Origin: Laetmonice hystrix
Taxonomy: Eukaryota
Reading direction: 5' to 3'
Length of the DNA stretch: 64,000 nt
NCBI GenBank assembly: GCA_965235115.1
Contig: OZ249436.1
Span: forward strand, 24,182,001 to 24,246,000
This document shows positions 63,663 through 64,000 of the stretch, in pieces. The translations under genes were made by a program, and so were the position numbers. The notes beneath the pieces were generated by a model that searched no databases, was not told the DNA's origin, and was given only the letters and a program-made list of their open reading frames with translations. Every line of letters starts with the position of its first letter. Position 1 is the stretch's first letter.

Positions 63663-64000
63663 AGACTGGTCAACAACAGCAATACCATTGTCAAATTCAC
63701 TGCCCTTTTCTTCACTTCCAATGTAGTCAGGGACATTTATCATTGGTGCAGGGCCAACAGATGGATCACTAAAGCTTCTCTCACTGTCTAGGTGATCACC
63801 TTGGGCATATTTCCTTTGAGACTGACCAAACAGGAGTTCAAAGTCTTCATCATTTGATGGGCCAGGGCTGTTGCAAGTTGAGTTTGATATATCCGGTTGA
63901 CTGTGTGCCAGACGCGATTCATCCAAATTCTTCTTCAGTTTATCCCTGCTTCGAGAACGGAAGCGTTTAGCAGATTTTTTGAAAGAGTGCCACATCTTCT
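63663..64000 (-). CDS. MCTP: MCTP N-terminal coding exon (runs off the window end)
   Basis: Open frame ..MWHSFKKSAKRF..SRLAHSQPDI.. resembles the vertebrate MCTP2 N-terminus (VWGSLKQRTRP..RRLSLSVPDL). It ends at a phase-0 GTGAGT donor at 63662, compatible with the phase-0 acceptor of exon 28046-28154. Confidence 0.75.

Noticed and set aside
1..64000. tRNA, rRNA or prokaryotic operon
   Set aside because: None recognised by eye; tRNAscan-SE and Infernal would be needed to exclude small RNAs.

Overview
Eukaryotic, probably invertebrate animal, genomic DNA. The whole 64 kb lies inside one minus-strand host gene, MCTP (multiple C2 and transmembrane domain protein). Four phase-compatible exons can be read (63663->64000, 28046-28154, 10642-10864, 3097-3214), plus a candidate alternative first exon (52079-52156). 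The introns (7.4, 17.2 and 35.5 kb) are almost entirely nested transposable elements: two BEL/Pao LTR retrotransposons, two piggyBacs (one with a spliceosomal intron; one whose 603-aa ORF is restored by removing a single insertion), an apparently intact Tigger/pogo, Academ and Sola2-like derivatives, a deleted DIRS element that keeps its tyrosine recombinase catalytic domain, LINE fragments, Helentron/HINE-like repeats, many MITEs and several tandem arrays. I cannot demonstrate a new biological system. The least explained structures are a 2.9-kb TSD-bounded non-coding insertion carrying two related tandem arrays with a co-varying hairpin (22905-25834) and a ~146-bp satellite with 14 perfect CRE palindromes next to an MCTP exon. 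All family assignments come from motifs and termini read by eye, not from database searches.
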